From NCBI GenBank assembly GCA_045106415.1, contig JBGCEP010000012.1, positions 1 to 64,000 on the forward strand: DNA of 64,000 bases, given 5' to 3'. Both the position numbers and the translations under genes were made by a program. Below the pieces are notes generated by a model. That model saw only the letters and a program-made list of their open reading frames with translations. It was not told the origin of the DNA and did not search any database. The stretch's first letter is position 1, and each line of letters opens with the position of its first letter. The stretch comes from Oligoflexales bacterium (GTDB lineage Bacteria > Bdellovibrionota_B > Oligoflexia > Oligoflexales > Bog-1112). Shown here in pieces: positions 19,213 through 30,500 of the stretch.

Positions 19213-19917
19213 ATGTCGCAACGTGTGATGCTTAAGCTTTCAGGGGAAATGTTAGGTGGTCAAGACCACTCAAATTTCAACGCAGACGCTCTTTCTCTCA
19301 TTGCTCATGAGATTCAATCCTTGCACGAAGCCGATTATGAGGTCGCCGCCGTTATAGGCGGCGGCAACATTTGGCGCGGCGCCATCGCCTCTGAGTTTGG
19401 CATGAACCGCGCTTCCGCCGACTATATGGGCATGCTTGCGACATGCATTAACGCTCTCGCTCTACAAGAAGTTCTGGAAAATCGATGTAACATACCCACT
19501 CGAGTTATGACCTCTCTAGGTATCCCAGAACTCGCAGAACCATACATTCGCCGAAGAGCAGATAAGCACCTTAAAAATAAGTCCATAGTCTTATTTGCAG
19601 GCGGGACTGGCAACCCATTCTTCACGACAGATACAGCCGCATCATTAAGAGCTCGAGAAATCGGCGCTCATATGATTTTAAAGGCTACAAAAGTGGACGG
19701 CATTTACGACAAAGATCCTCTCAAGCACCCTGACGCGAAACGCTACCAAACTCTCTCATACCTTGATGTCATTTCACAAAAGCTCGGTGTTATGGATGCC
19801 ACCGCAATGACAATGTGTATGGAGTCTCACATCCCTATAAAAGTTTTTAAACTCGACTCTCCTGGATGTGTACTTAACGCTATCCAAAACCCTGAAGTCG
19901 GGACGACTGTGAAATAA
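19213..19917 (+). CDS. pyrH: UMP kinase
   Basis: LKLSGE, GGGNIWRG and GNPFFTTD. Confidence 0.98.
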   Translation: MSQRVMLKLSGEMLGGQDHSNFNADALSLIAHEIQSLHEADYEVAAVIGGGNIWRGAIASEFGMNRASADYMGMLATCINALALQEVLENRCNIPTRVMTSLGIPELAEPYIRRRADKHLKNKSIVLFAGGTGNPFFTTDTAASLRAREIGAHMILKATKVDGIYDKDPLKHPDAKRYQTLSYLDVISQKLGVMDATAMTMCMESHIPIKVFKLDSPGCVLNAIQNPEVGTTVK

Positions 19918-19928
19918 AGGATCAAAAC

Positions 19929-20483
19929 ATGCAAAACTCCCTCAACGAGTGCAAAACAAAAATGCAAAAAAGCATTGAATCTTTAGAGCGCGAGCTCGCC
20001 AAAGTCCGAACTGGCCGCGCTTCAGCCTCTCTTTTAGACAGCGTCCGCGTAGACTACTATGGCTCACCAACACCACTCAATCAGGTTGCCTCTATCTCCA
20101 TTCCTGACGCTCGCAGTATTGTCATCGCTCCTTTCGAAAAAAAGATCATTTCTGAAGTCGAACGAGCTATTCAAATGTCAAACTTAGGAATTCAGCCATC
20201 AAACGATGGCAACGTTGTTCGTTTGCCCATTCCTCCATTGAATGCAGAACGCAGAAAAGAAATAGCCAAATCTCTCAAGAAAATTGGAGAAACCGCAAAA
20301 ATTTCAATTCGACAAGTTCGACAAGATTTCAATAGCAAAATGAAGCAAGCTGAAAAATCAAAAGAGACATCTGAAGACGAAAGTCGCCAGTTGCAAAAAG
20401 AAGCGCAAACCCAAACCGACAGTTATGTCAAAATTGTCGATGAAAAAGTAAGCGCTAAAGAAAAAGAAGTCATGACAGTTTAA
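19929..20483 (+). CDS. frr: Ribosome recycling factor
   Basis: RTGRAS, VDYYGSPTPLNQVA and PPLNAERRKE. Confidence 0.98.
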   Translation: MQNSLNECKTKMQKSIESLERELAKVRTGRASASLLDSVRVDYYGSPTPLNQVASISIPDARSIVIAPFEKKIISEVERAIQMSNLGIQPSNDGNVVRLPIPPLNAERRKEIAKSLKKIGETAKISIRQVRQDFNSKMKQAEKSKETSEDESRQLQKEAQTQTDSYVKIVDEKVSAKEKEVMTV

Positions 20484-20495
20484 TCTCTTTCGCAT

Positions 20496-20541
20496 TCTCA
20501 TATCGGTGGAGTTGAAAAATACACATTCAACCGATATGAGA
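20496..20541. terminator. Long inverted repeat after frr
   Basis: TCTCATATCGGT...ACCGATATGAGA (12-bp perfect, extendable). Confidence 0.55.
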
Positions 20542-20966
20542 CAACCAGTTAAATACACATCACCATGCAAAGAAAACTCTTTTTTACTTAGACCTAAAAA
20601 GCCGCAGCCTTTCACTTAAGCCATCAGCTCCACTTTCTGCAAAAACTTAAAGTCACCTACTCAGATTTAAAATAAAATTTTTGCTTCAACGCATATGCTT
20701 CACTTTGAAAAAATTTTCGTTGGAACGATCCACAGTAATGACCACAGATCTTTCGCCTTGGCTGCGTCTTCAAACTGCCTTCTAAATCCACCAGAGCCAT
20801 GCTCGCTATAGATTTTGTTGATTTTAAGCTGACAGCAGTTTTCATCATTTCTGTAACATGAAGATTCTCAATAGAAAGACAACCATAAAGCTCAATAAGG
20901 CAACACATCAATTTATGAAAATTACCTTGCCGTATATAAGCGATACGAGCACGACATACTTGCAGA

Positions 20967-21106
20967 TTTCTTTAATCTCCAGCTTGGCGCAAGAGTCTTT
21001 TTGAATGCGACTCCAGATACGCTAAAGTCCTTGTCATTTCTCGGGATGATCGAAAACCTCACCACTCGAAAGTGAGGATCGATGCGAAATACCCAGATTA
21101 AGGAAA
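20967..21106 (+). ncRNA. Candidate ~140-nt branched structured RNA
   Basis: Closing stem TTTCTTTAATCT/AGATTAAGGAAA. Internal stems TTGGCG/CGCTAA, GAGTC/GACTC and CCTCAC/GTGAGG. G.U pairs favour the + strand. Confidence 0.35.
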
Positions 21107-21134
21107 ATCATTTCCATAATCTCTAGATACAGCC

Positions 21135-22262
21135 TCAGTCTTCAAGACCATCTAGCTCAAGCCTTCTTTTCTTAACTTTTTCCACCAGCGTTGTCCTATT
21201 TAGCTTAAGGAGCTGGGCTGCTTTATTTTTATTATTTCCCGTTCTCTCTAGTGCTTGACGAATCAAACTATTCTCAATCTCTCTTAAATGAAGAGTCAAA
21301 TCGATTCCTTTTTCGGGCAACACCTCTAAAGAAGACTGCGGACAAGCATTTATACTTTCAGATTTTTTTGCATGAATTCGCTGTTCAAACGAATTCTGAA
21401 AATACCCTTCGTTTGACAAAAACTCTGCCGGCAGATCTTCTCGACGAATCTCTCCGCCACCCTTAGTAATCACAAGCCTTTCAACCAAATTCTGAAGCTG
21501 CCGAACATTCCCTGGCCAATAATGGCTTCTTAAAGCCTCTAATGCATCATGAGACAACCAGCAGTCATCGCGGAGCTTATGAGACCTGTTAGAACAGTTC
21601 AAAAAATGCTCAAGAAGATCCGATATATCTTCCGGCCTCTCTCGCAATGATGGAACTAAGATAGGGAGAACATTTAAACGATAGAAAAGATCAAGTCGGA
21701 ATTTCTTTTCATAGACTGCCAGTTCAATATCAACATTAGTGGCAGCAACAATTCTCACATCAGCTTGCTGAACAACGTGCCCACCAACACGAGTAAATTG
21801 CTTTTCTTGCAACACTCTCAATAATTTAGCCTGAAGCCTTAAAGGCATGTCACCAATTTCATCTAAAAAGATTGTACCACCTACAGCACGACCAAAAAGC
21901 CCTAGACGCGGCCTATCTGCTCCTGTGAAGGCACCTTTCTCATGACCGAAGAGCTCTGACTCCAAAAGTTCTTCCGGAATAGCGCTGCAGTTAATAGCAA
22001 CAAACTCCTTCGAAGCTCTACGAGAAAGTCGATGGATAGAGGCAGCAATCAGTTCTTTACCAGTCCCACTCTCACCTTGAATCAACACAGCGCTATCTGA
22101 TTGCGCCACCTTGCTCACGGTCTCAAGGATCTGACAAACTGTTCGCGACTTCCCTATGATCTCCGGAAACAGTTCTCGATGGTAACTCAAGGGTTTTTCA
22201 AAACCCTTCCATTGCAAACCGCTTTCGGAAGACGCACGAAATGGCAAATCTGGCATACTCAT
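21135..22262 (-). CDS. sigma54-dependent enhancer-binding protein (AAA+ plus Fis HTH) with no N-terminal sensor domain
   Basis: GESGTGKE, ESELFGHEKGAFTGA, FLDEIG, WPGNVRQL and HTH NKNKAAQLLKLNRTTLVEK. SD AGGAG at the start. Confidence 0.93.
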   Translation of the reverse strand: MSMPDLPFRASSESGLQWKGFEKPLSYHRELFPEIIGKSRTVCQILETVSKVAQSDSAVLIQGESGTGKELIAASIHRLSRRASKEFVAINCSAIPEELLESELFGHEKGAFTGADRPRLGLFGRAVGGTIFLDEIGDMPLRLQAKLLRVLQEKQFTRVGGHVVQQADVRIVAATNVDIELAVYEKKFRLDLFYRLNVLPILVPSLRERPEDISDLLEHFLNCSNRSHKLRDDCWLSHDALEALRSHYWPGNVRQLQNLVERLVITKGGGEIRREDLPAEFLSNEGYFQNSFEQRIHAKKSESINACPQSSLEVLPEKGIDLTLHLREIENSLIRQALERTGNNKNKAAQLLKLNRTTLVEKVKKRRLELDGLED

Positions 22263-22420
22263 ACGTATTTCAGTCTCCTAAGGATATCCACGACTGACTA
22301 TATGAAGAAATCGATGTAGTCTGGTTGAGACAAACGAAATGTCACTGAGGTCTATATCTCCATAATACCTCAGGTGATTGAGCACGAGCAAATTCAAACA
22401 GAGTACATGGGAGGCTTATT

Positions 22421-23512
22421 TTGAAAGTTGCATTGATTCACGACTGGCTTGTTGAGTATCGCGGCGGAGAAAAGGTGCTCCTTGAGCTTGCTCGCCTGTA
22501 CCCTGAAGCTCCAATCTACACTCTGTTTTTTCAGAAAGAATCTCTCCCCACAGAACTTTCTGAACGCGACATCCGATATCCAAAAGCTCTCCAAAAATTT
22601 CAAAAAATAAGAAAAATTCTTTTGCCATTTTTTCCGTCTATCATAGAAAGTTTCGATCTATCTGAGTTTGATCTCATCATATCAACCTCATCATGCGTGG
22701 CTAAAGGCATCATCCCACCACCAACAACACCCCACATATGCTATATACATAGCCCCATGCGATATATTTGGGATCAAAGACACGAATACTTACAAAGCCT
22801 GCAAAAATTTCCTGGTCTCTCATGGAGCTACCATTGGTTGAGCTCAAAACTTCGAATCTGGGACACAACAAGTGCTTCACGAGTCACAAGCTTTGTCACA
22901 AACTCTCAATACGTTGCAGCCAGAGTTCAGACATACTACGGAAAAAAAAGCACAGTCATTCATCCACCTGTTGATCTCACCCGCTTTGCCTATACCGGCA
23001 CCCCAAAACATGACTACATGCTCTGCGCTGGAGCCATGGTATCCTACAAACGATTTGACCTAGCAATCGAAGTGAGTCGAATCACTCAAAAGCCCCTTAT
23101 CATTGCAGGACGCGGCCCAGAGCTAAAAAAATTAAGATCCCTTGCACACAATTTAGTCACAATTATCGAATCTCCCAGCGATGAAAAAATGTTAGAGCTT
23201 ATTCAGCATGCTAAAATTTTCTTATTTCCCGGCATTGAAGATTTTGGCATCATCGCTGTAGAGGCTCTATCCTGTGGCACTCCTGTTATCGCACCAAAAA
23301 AAGGGGGGGCTTGCGACTTCATTCAGCACCAAAGAAATGGTTTACTACTCTCTCAGGTCACAGCACACAGTTTAGCCGAAGCAGCTCAAGAGGCTTACGA
23401 CAAAAATTGGAATCATAAAGAAATATCTCAAAGCGCGACTCCATTCTCATGTGAAAACTTTAACCAAAATATTCAAAGTCACATTAAACAAGTTTTAAAA
23501 GAGGCACACTGA
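22421..23512 (+). CDS. Glycosyltransferase family 4
   Basis: HDWLVEYRGGEKV and EDFGIIAVEA. Confidence 0.93.
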   Translation: MKVALIHDWLVEYRGGEKVLLELARLYPEAPIYTLFFQKESLPTELSERDIRYPKALQKFQKIRKILLPFFPSIIESFDLSEFDLIISTSSCVAKGIIPPPTTPHICYIHSPMRYIWDQRHEYLQSLQKFPGLSWSYHWLSSKLRIWDTTSASRVTSFVTNSQYVAARVQTYYGKKSTVIHPPVDLTRFAYTGTPKHDYMLCAGAMVSYKRFDLAIEVSRITQKPLIIAGRGPELKKLRSLAHNLVTIIESPSDEKMLELIQHAKIFLFPGIEDFGIIAVEALSCGTPVIAPKKGGACDFIQHQRNGLLLSQVTAHSLAEAAQEAYDKNWNHKEISQSATPFSCENFNQNIQSHIKQVLKEAH

Positions 23513-24861
23513 TGTCAAAATCATACTCAAACCAACCTTTCCAGATAGCATTCGACACACTTTTAGTTATCATAGCCTGGATTTGTGCTTACGCTCTCCG
23601 ATTTCACACTCATTTACCTATACCCAAGGGCACTCCAGATTTTTCTCATTACCTAAAACTGATCCCCCTTGTTGGTATTTCTTGGGGTCTCATTCTTGCT
23701 CTCAGCACCCTTTATCAACCTAAGATTTCAATCCGGAAAACTCATAAAGAAATTATAAAAAGTTGTTTTTTCGCAACAATATTTTTTCTTGCTCTCACGT
23801 CTTTTTATCATGAATTTCGTTATTCACGAGGAGCTTTGCTCTTCTTTGTTGTGCTACACCCTGTAACTCTCATGCTTTGGCACAGCCTGCAAAGAAAAAT
23901 GTTAAGAAAACAAAAACCTCAAAAAACACTTGTAATCGCCAGCTATGAACGCCTTAAACAACTTGAAGATTTATTCCCAAAACATGAAATCGATTGCGTC
24001 ATCTTGCTTTCTGGCTCTCAAGAAAGAATTCCTTACCCAACCCACAAGCGACCGGAACACTGGTTAGATTTTCTCTCTAAGTACCAGTACACAAACATTG
24101 TCATTCTCACAAACCATACAGATACAGAAACTCTTCAAAAAGACCTTCCGACCCTTGTGGACCAAACTCTTGACATAAAAGTTATTCCTGACATCTCAGA
24201 ATACAGACGATTCGGAGTGGACATTGACATCATCAATCACACTCCAATTATACAACTACAAGCCTGCCCCCTTTCAGGGTTCAATATTAGTATTAAACGC
24301 TGCGTAGATCTTCTCGGTGCTGTTGTCGCACTCTTTATCTTTTCACCAGTCATGATCCTTCTAAGCTTTCTCATTCCTTTTTCTTCCCGCGGCCCTATTC
24401 TTTATAGACAAACAAGAATAGGAATCGATGGCGAAACATTTGAAATTCTAAAATTTCGCAGCATGCCAATCTCCGCAGAAGCACAAACTGGTGCAATTTT
24501 TGCTACTGCGACAGACAATAGAGCAACATGGCTCGGACGCTTCATGAGAAAAACAAGCCTAGATGAACTACCACAACTTTTAAACGTCCTACTTGGAGAT
24601 ATGAGCCTCGTTGGACCACGCCCAGAAAGACCTGTTTTTGTTGATCAGTTTCGAAGAGAGATACCTGCATATATGCTACGACATAAAGTACGAGCAGGTA
24701 TGACAGGGTGGGCTCAAATCAACGGATGGAGAGGCAACACAAGTATTCACAAAAGAATCGAATGCGACCTCTATTATATTCAAAACTGGTCTTTGTGGCT
24801 TGATATAAAAATTCTTTTTTTAACTGTTTTTAAAGGCTTCATAAGCCCACAAGCTTATTAA
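23512..24861 (+). CDS. Undecaprenyl-phosphate glucose phosphotransferase (WcaJ/GumD-like priming glycosyltransferase)
   Basis: N-terminal TMs, KFRSM, SLDELPQ, MSLVGPRPERP and GMTGWAQING. Confidence 0.92.
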   Translation: MSKSYSNQPFQIAFDTLLVIIAWICAYALRFHTHLPIPKGTPDFSHYLKLIPLVGISWGLILALSTLYQPKISIRKTHKEIIKSCFFATIFFLALTSFYHEFRYSRGALLFFVVLHPVTLMLWHSLQRKMLRKQKPQKTLVIASYERLKQLEDLFPKHEIDCVILLSGSQERIPYPTHKRPEHWLDFLSKYQYTNIVILTNHTDTETLQKDLPTLVDQTLDIKVIPDISEYRRFGVDIDIINHTPIIQLQACPLSGFNISIKRCVDLLGAVVALFIFSPVMILLSFLIPFSSRGPILYRQTRIGIDGETFEILKFRSMPISAEAQTGAIFATATDNRATWLGRFMRKTSLDELPQLLNVLLGDMSLVGPRPERPVFVDQFRREIPAYMLRHKVRAGMTGWAQINGWRGNTSIHKRIECDLYYIQNWSLWLDIKILFLTVFKGFISPQAY

Positions 24862-24911
24862 AATTAAAATATAAAAAACAACTTTTGACGCTTTAAAGCA
24901 AAGAGATTTTT

Positions 24912-25598
24912 ATGCCTGAATCTGCATTGTTTCCCATTCTCGTATTAGATGACGATCCTATTGTCGCTATGCTTATACACTCGATCACTGGACATGAAAT
25001 CAAACACTTCAAAAACTCCAACGAAACGCTTGAGCACATCACAGAATTAAATCCCACAGCATGCTTTGTTGATATTCATCTTGGCGTCAAAGACAACGGT
25101 TTAGAAACGATTCCAAGGCTTCGAGAAGCCTACCCTCACACCCCTATTATTGTACTCAGCGGAAGCCCAGATAAAACTATTATCGCAGACGCCCTTGCAT
25201 CTGGAGCTGACGATTTTATAAGAAAACCTCTTAATAAAGAAGAAGTCAACGCACGTCTGCAAGTACGAACACATGAACACCACCTTAGGAAAAATCAAAC
25301 AGAAATTCTCTTTGGCGATCTCAAACTTGATACTCATCAGCGATATATCTCTTCAGAGAGCACAAAAGAAATTCGCTATATTTCTTCAACCGATGTGAAC
25401 CTACTCTTATGTTTCATTGAGTCTAAAGGAAATATTTTAAAACGACATTATCTCAAACAGCGCTGCTGGGGGCCAACACACGTCACCGACAATGCTCTAA
25501 ATAGAAAGATATGTGAAATCCGAAAAATCATAGGTGAACTTTCGTTACAGATAAAAATAAGAACTGTTTATGGAGCTGGTTTCGTATTAGAGGACTAA
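24912..25598 (+). CDS. Orphan OmpR-family response regulator
   Basis: Receiver domain (DDD, VDIHL, GADDFIRKP) plus winged helix (RTVYGAGF). No adjacent kinase. Confidence 0.88.
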   Translation: MPESALFPILVLDDDPIVAMLIHSITGHEIKHFKNSNETLEHITELNPTACFVDIHLGVKDNGLETIPRLREAYPHTPIIVLSGSPDKTIIADALASGADDFIRKPLNKEEVNARLQVRTHEHHLRKNQTEILFGDLKLDTHQRYISSESTKEIRYISSTDVNLLLCFIESKGNILKRHYLKQRCWGPTHVTDNALNRKICEIRKIIGELSLQIKIRTVYGAGFVLED

Positions 25599-25685
25599 CA
25601 GCAGCACACTAAAATCCTAATTATTTCCGTTGCTGACAAGGCTGGATAAGCATAAAAATCATCAGATTTTTTGGTGGGGGAAGTG

Positions 25686-25875
25686 ATGCATTTTATATCT
25701 ATCAGCGAAACAACTCTTCGCAGATGGGATAAAGAAAAAACCTTATAATCATCACGCAAAACACCAGGTGGTCACCACATGTATGATTATCAAAATATTT
25801 TAAAATTTGTTGGTAAGAAACAACGGTCTTGAAAAAGAGTCCGCCTTGGGTATGCCCGCTGTATCCAACTAAAAC
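25686..25875 (+). pseudogene. Decayed IS607-family serine transposase (TnpA) fragment
   Basis: A single frame reads MHFISISE-TTLRRWDKEKTL*SSRKTPGGHHMYD...*KRVRLGYARC. This is a MerR-type HTH followed by the GYAR(VS) resolvase motif, with two stops and an internal deletion. Confidence 0.82.
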
Positions 25876-26177
25876 GCTCCGTCAGCTTTCATATCCTCAA
25901 TTTCCTAATTTTTAACATATGCCCTACTTTAGATGAAAACCATATGGCAATGACAATTCCATTCTTAACGAGTCAATTATTTATGCACGCGACCTCAAAT
26001 TGTGCGAGGTGACGATCGTGTAGCAACACCATTTTACATCTAAATTTGGAGATCTTGCTTCGCAGCGAAAAAGTTTTTATAAACGCGACACCTCCTTTAG
26101 AGAGGTCTTCTACATCACTGCTATAGTCCAACATCTTCTTATTCCACTTGCCAAACCAGTGGCTTACCTATTTTCAA

Positions 26178-26441
26178 TTACTTAACAATAGATTCAACTG
26201 ATTTACGACTTTTCTGAATGCGACCGCGAAAATTTGATCGTAATTTAATAATAGATTGTAAAGATTGCGCCTTCCGCCCTCTCAAAAAAAATCCACTTGG
26301 AGCTTTCATCTTTCCTTCCAACAAAGATCCTTCAAAATCAATTTCTGTTACGGACTTCGCTTTTTTTGACTTTTTTCTCGCAACTGAAATCGTTGAAAAA
26401 GAAAAACACAAAACTATAAATGCACAAAAACGAAATCTCAT
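26178..26441 (-). CDS. Small exported gliding protein, CglF/GltF-like
   Basis: Signal peptide, then 'EIDFEGSLLEGKMKAP...IIKLRSNF'; last gene of the TPR operon. Confidence 0.7.
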   Translation of the reverse strand: MRFRFCAFIVLCFSFSTISVARKKSKKAKSVTEIDFEGSLLEGKMKAPSGFFLRGRKAQSLQSIIKLRSNFRGRIQKSRKSVESIVK

Positions 26442-27541
26442 AAGTCTTCTCCTAGTAGCTCTTTTTCAAGCTCTTCTAACTCATCAATTTCTTGTGTTTT
26501 TACCGCTGAAGCTGAATCACGTTTTTTTTCTGAGCGAGAACGTTTCACTTCAGGTTTACTACGATTTAATCTTTGTCTTGATGATGCAGATTTTCGAGAT
26601 CTTGAATTTGAGTTGTTTTTTAATGAACTTGCGAGGCGGTTGATTTCACTATACGACATTCTCTCATCACGATCTTTAATAAGCGTATTAAGTCGTTTCA
26701 CTAAAGCAAAGGCCGATTGTGTTCTTGCTGAAGACTTTTCTTCGCTTTTCAGCAAGAGTCGTAAATCATCCATCGCATCATCATATTCTTTCATATCAGC
26801 AAGAATAGATGCTCGGTTATAAAGAGCTACTGCATTTTTATTATCATAGCTTAGAACGTCATCTATTTTATCTAAAGCTTGATCATATTTGCCCTTCGCT
26901 GCATCAATCATAGCTAAGTGCATTTCAGCATCTCTATGCTCAGGGACAACATTTAAAACTCTTTCAAATTGAATAGCAGCCTCACTCAACCTTCTATAAC
27001 GAAAAAACTGAACCCCCATATTCATGCGAATAGCTGTATTATCAGGATCGACATCAAGAGCTTTTGAAAAAAGATGCATTCCTAAATCATGATTCTTTCT
27101 ACGCACTTCTACTAAAGCTAGAAGATTTAAAACAGAGGCATCTGTTGAATCTTTCCCTCCTAAAACTTCTAACATCATAGACGACATATCTAAAAGATCT
27201 TTCCGATAAAAGACTCCCGCTAAAATCAATTTCGCTCTCTTATTTTTCATGTCATATCGTAGAGCTTGCCTTACCCAGTATTCAGATTTATCAATATTAT
27301 TCAGCATTAAATAAAGATCAGATAAATCAAGCATTTTCGAGGTTGATTCTTTATTCATAGAAATATTTTGTTTTAAATCACGAATCGCATATTGAATTGA
27401 TTCTTTACTTTTCCCATGATTTAAAGGAGAAGATAGATCATCATTCGAAATAACATGGACATCTTTATCATAAGATTTTGCTTCTGGATGATAAGTTGCA
27501 CACCCAACACCATAAACCCATATAAATAGTAAATACTTCAT
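26438..27541 (-). CDS. TPR lipoprotein, GltE/AglT-like
   Basis: Lipobox VGC and multiple TPRs; positioned between the large TPR gene and the GltF-like gene. Confidence 0.7.
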   Translation of the reverse strand: MKYLLFIWVYGVGCATYHPEAKSYDKDVHVISNDDLSSPLNHGKSKESIQYAIRDLKQNISMNKESTSKMLDLSDLYLMLNNIDKSEYWVRQALRYDMKNKRAKLILAGVFYRKDLLDMSSMMLEVLGGKDSTDASVLNLLALVEVRRKNHDLGMHLFSKALDVDPDNTAIRMNMGVQFFRYRRLSEAAIQFERVLNVVPEHRDAEMHLAMIDAAKGKYDQALDKIDDVLSYDNKNAVALYNRASILADMKEYDDAMDDLRLLLKSEEKSSARTQSAFALVKRLNTLIKDRDERMSYSEINRLASSLKNNSNSRSRKSASSRQRLNRSKPEVKRSRSEKKRDSASAVKTQEIDELEELEKELLGEDL

Positions 27542-27552
27542 AGAAACCTCTA

Positions 27553-30500
27553 TTATTGAACAAGATTAGAACGACTATCTGATACTTTTAATACATGAGA
27601 AAAATAAGATGGATTTACGGTTTCAGCATTAATTTTTTTATGATCAGCAGGTCGTAACTCTGCCATTTTCTCATATGCTAGCTTCGTCCAGTTTGAAAAT
27701 GTACCAACATCTCGAGAACTATTATACGCATGTTCGTAATACTTATAAGCTTCCTCTTTCAACGGGAAAGCAACCTGCTCTAAAGATGATTTAAAAGCAT
27801 TCACTACATCTTCACCAGCACCAGAAGGTGCTTCAACATTAAATAAATCTTCTGCTAATTTTTCATGAACACGACCCATCCTATAAAGAGACGCTACCGT
27901 GAACTCACCACTCCCTGTTTCAATCACGACTTCATAATCTTTAACTAAAGAAATAAGCATTTTATTTTTATTTTGTATCGATTTTTCAATTTGAGATGAC
28001 CCTAGAGGGTAATCAAGGAATCTTTTATATTTTGCATTTACCACTCTAAACATTCCTTCTGCTACTAAATTTCGTGCCTCTATAGGAGCATTTTGTGTTG
28101 AAAGAAGCTGTTGTCGCACACGAAATAATGATTGCTGACCTTTAGATGGATTTAATTGAGATTCTAAATGAGCAGACCTTGCAGCTGCGACTAAAGATCT
28201 TTCAGATCTAGGAAACCTCCTCTGAAAACCAGCATAAGATCGTCGGGCTTCATCTTTCTTACCTGCCGCCTCTAATATTTCTGATGTTTCAAAAGCTACT
28301 TTTTCATACAGTGGAGATTGAGGATGAAGATTCATAAGAGCAACAGCGCTTTCAATTGCTAACGCATACTTTTTTAAACCCCGATACAGAACAGTCGCAT
28401 TATATAATGCCCCAGGAGATCTAGAGTCTTTCGGGTATTTTTCTCCTAATGTTTTATAGTATTTAGCAGCTAAATCAAATTGCGCTAAAGACTCATACGT
28501 CTGAGCAACAATTGCATTTACATCTTTTTTCAAAGGAGAACTTGGAAATTTGTCAATCAAGATACGATTTGCATCAAGTGATTTCTCAACCTCTCCAATC
28601 TGGTGGAAATTAAGAGACGCTTTATACAAAGCTAAATCTGCATCTTTTGCTTTTGGGAATTTTTGATATAAAGACATAAATGTAGAAGAAGCATCTTTAT
28701 AAGATTTGTTTTTCTCGTAGTTCTCTCCGATTTTAAACATTGATCCCTGCACAAGACCCGCAACCCAAGATCTCAATCCATTATCTGCTAAAGCTCCATC
28801 ATGTGAAGCAATATGATTTGAGACCTTAATAACATCTTCCCATTGCTTACGGTCAGCGTGATAACTAATCATAGTTTTTACAGCTTCGTTATTTTGTTGT
28901 GTAGCAGGATGCTGCTTCATTATTTTTAAATAAACATCAAATGATCTTTCATAATGACCATGCGTGAAATAAATTTCAGCAATTGTTGATTTTAATTTCG
29001 CTAAGCTTTTATCTTGTGGATAAAATTTATGATAAGCATGAATTGCTTTTATAAGCTTTTTCTGTTCTCTTGGAATATCTATTTTTTTTGCTGCTTTTCC
29101 TCTCGGCGGCAATTTGGATTTCTCTTGCTGGAGAATCGCTAAATTCAATGTCGAAATTGCTGACAAAGCAGCATCTGGACGAAATTTAGTATTGGGTTCT
29201 GCCACTTTTGCGTATTGATCAGATGCCAGCTCATACTTTTTAAAATCTTCTAAAATTGTCGCTAGATAAAAACGCATCTCCACGGATGTTTGTGAAGATT
29301 CAAAATGTTTTAAATATAAATGATATAAAGAAGCTGCAGCTGCAACATAGGATTTTTTATCGTTTTCAGCGCCGTATTGATGAAAAGATGTTGCATACCT
29401 CTGAAGCTCTTTTTGAAAATCTTCTTTTGCTGATATGACAGCATCTGCATTTTTTTCTTTAAGATCTTGCACCCATTCAGACTTACCCAGATAAGTCTTT
29501 GAATAAGATTTCAAGCTGCTAACAACTTTTTTAGGCTTATTTAACCCTTCATAAAGAGAAACAACGGTGAGAGAAACCTCGTAATTACTCTCTCTTGAAG
29601 GAGCTTCTCTTAAAAGTCTAGCGAAGACTCGAATAGACTTTTCTTGTTCACCATTTTCTTCATACAAATAACCTAGCCTTTCAAGCATTGCATAAAATTT
29701 ATTTTCTTCATCTAAATTTTTAAAATAATCCCAAGCACTTTGTATATCTTCAGCATCTGCCCATACCATCACAAGATCGTTCAAAGCCTCATCTTTAAGT
29801 GAATATTGTGTATCACGACTTGTGCTACTTGCTAATTTAACAACAAGTTTGAATGCCGCTGCTGCTTTTGTAAGATGCTTTTGCTTCACAGACTCATCAT
29901 TGAAAGCTTGGTTATAATGGGACCATCCTAGTTTATAAACAGCATAAGGGTAAGCTTTGTGTTTAGGGAATTTTAAGACACCTCGATAATTTTGGATTGA
30001 TTTTTGAACATTCTGATTTTCAAAGTAATGCTCACCTAAGGCTAAAAATGTATCTGGAACAAGTGGTGAACGAGGATGTGTCTTAAGGAGCTGATTAAAA
30101 TATAAATCAGCATTACTGTTACCAAGCCTAGCTAATGTTGTTCCTAAAGCAAAGAGAGCTCCATCAGTACGGGGATGTTTTGGAAATTTACTAACAAGTT
30201 TTCTAAAAACATTCACTGCAGATGTTAATAAAGATCTAGAATCATTATGAGATAATTGTGGTTCTGGACCTTTCTTTTTACCTTTCACCCATGATTTATA
30301 CTGTAATTGATAGCGGCTATATTCTAAATCTCTATAATAGTCATGGCGTTCCGTCATAATTTCACCTAAACGGAGGTACAACTCAAACTCTCTTTCCCCT
30401 AATGACGCTCTTGATTTTAATATTTTTGAAATTGCCTTAATTGTTTTCAACCTAAGCTTTTCAGCTTGTTTTTTTTCTTTAACTGAAGCCGTATGATCAA

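Noticed and set aside
20657..20911. 84-aa minus-strand ORF after frr
   Set aside because: No SD, no motif and a weak start. It may be decayed sequence; left uncalled.
25672..25683. TGGTGGGGGAAG as a possible att duplicate of the tRNA-Ala 3' end
   Set aside because: Only TGGTGG matches exactly. It is better explained as the SD region of the IS607 fragment.
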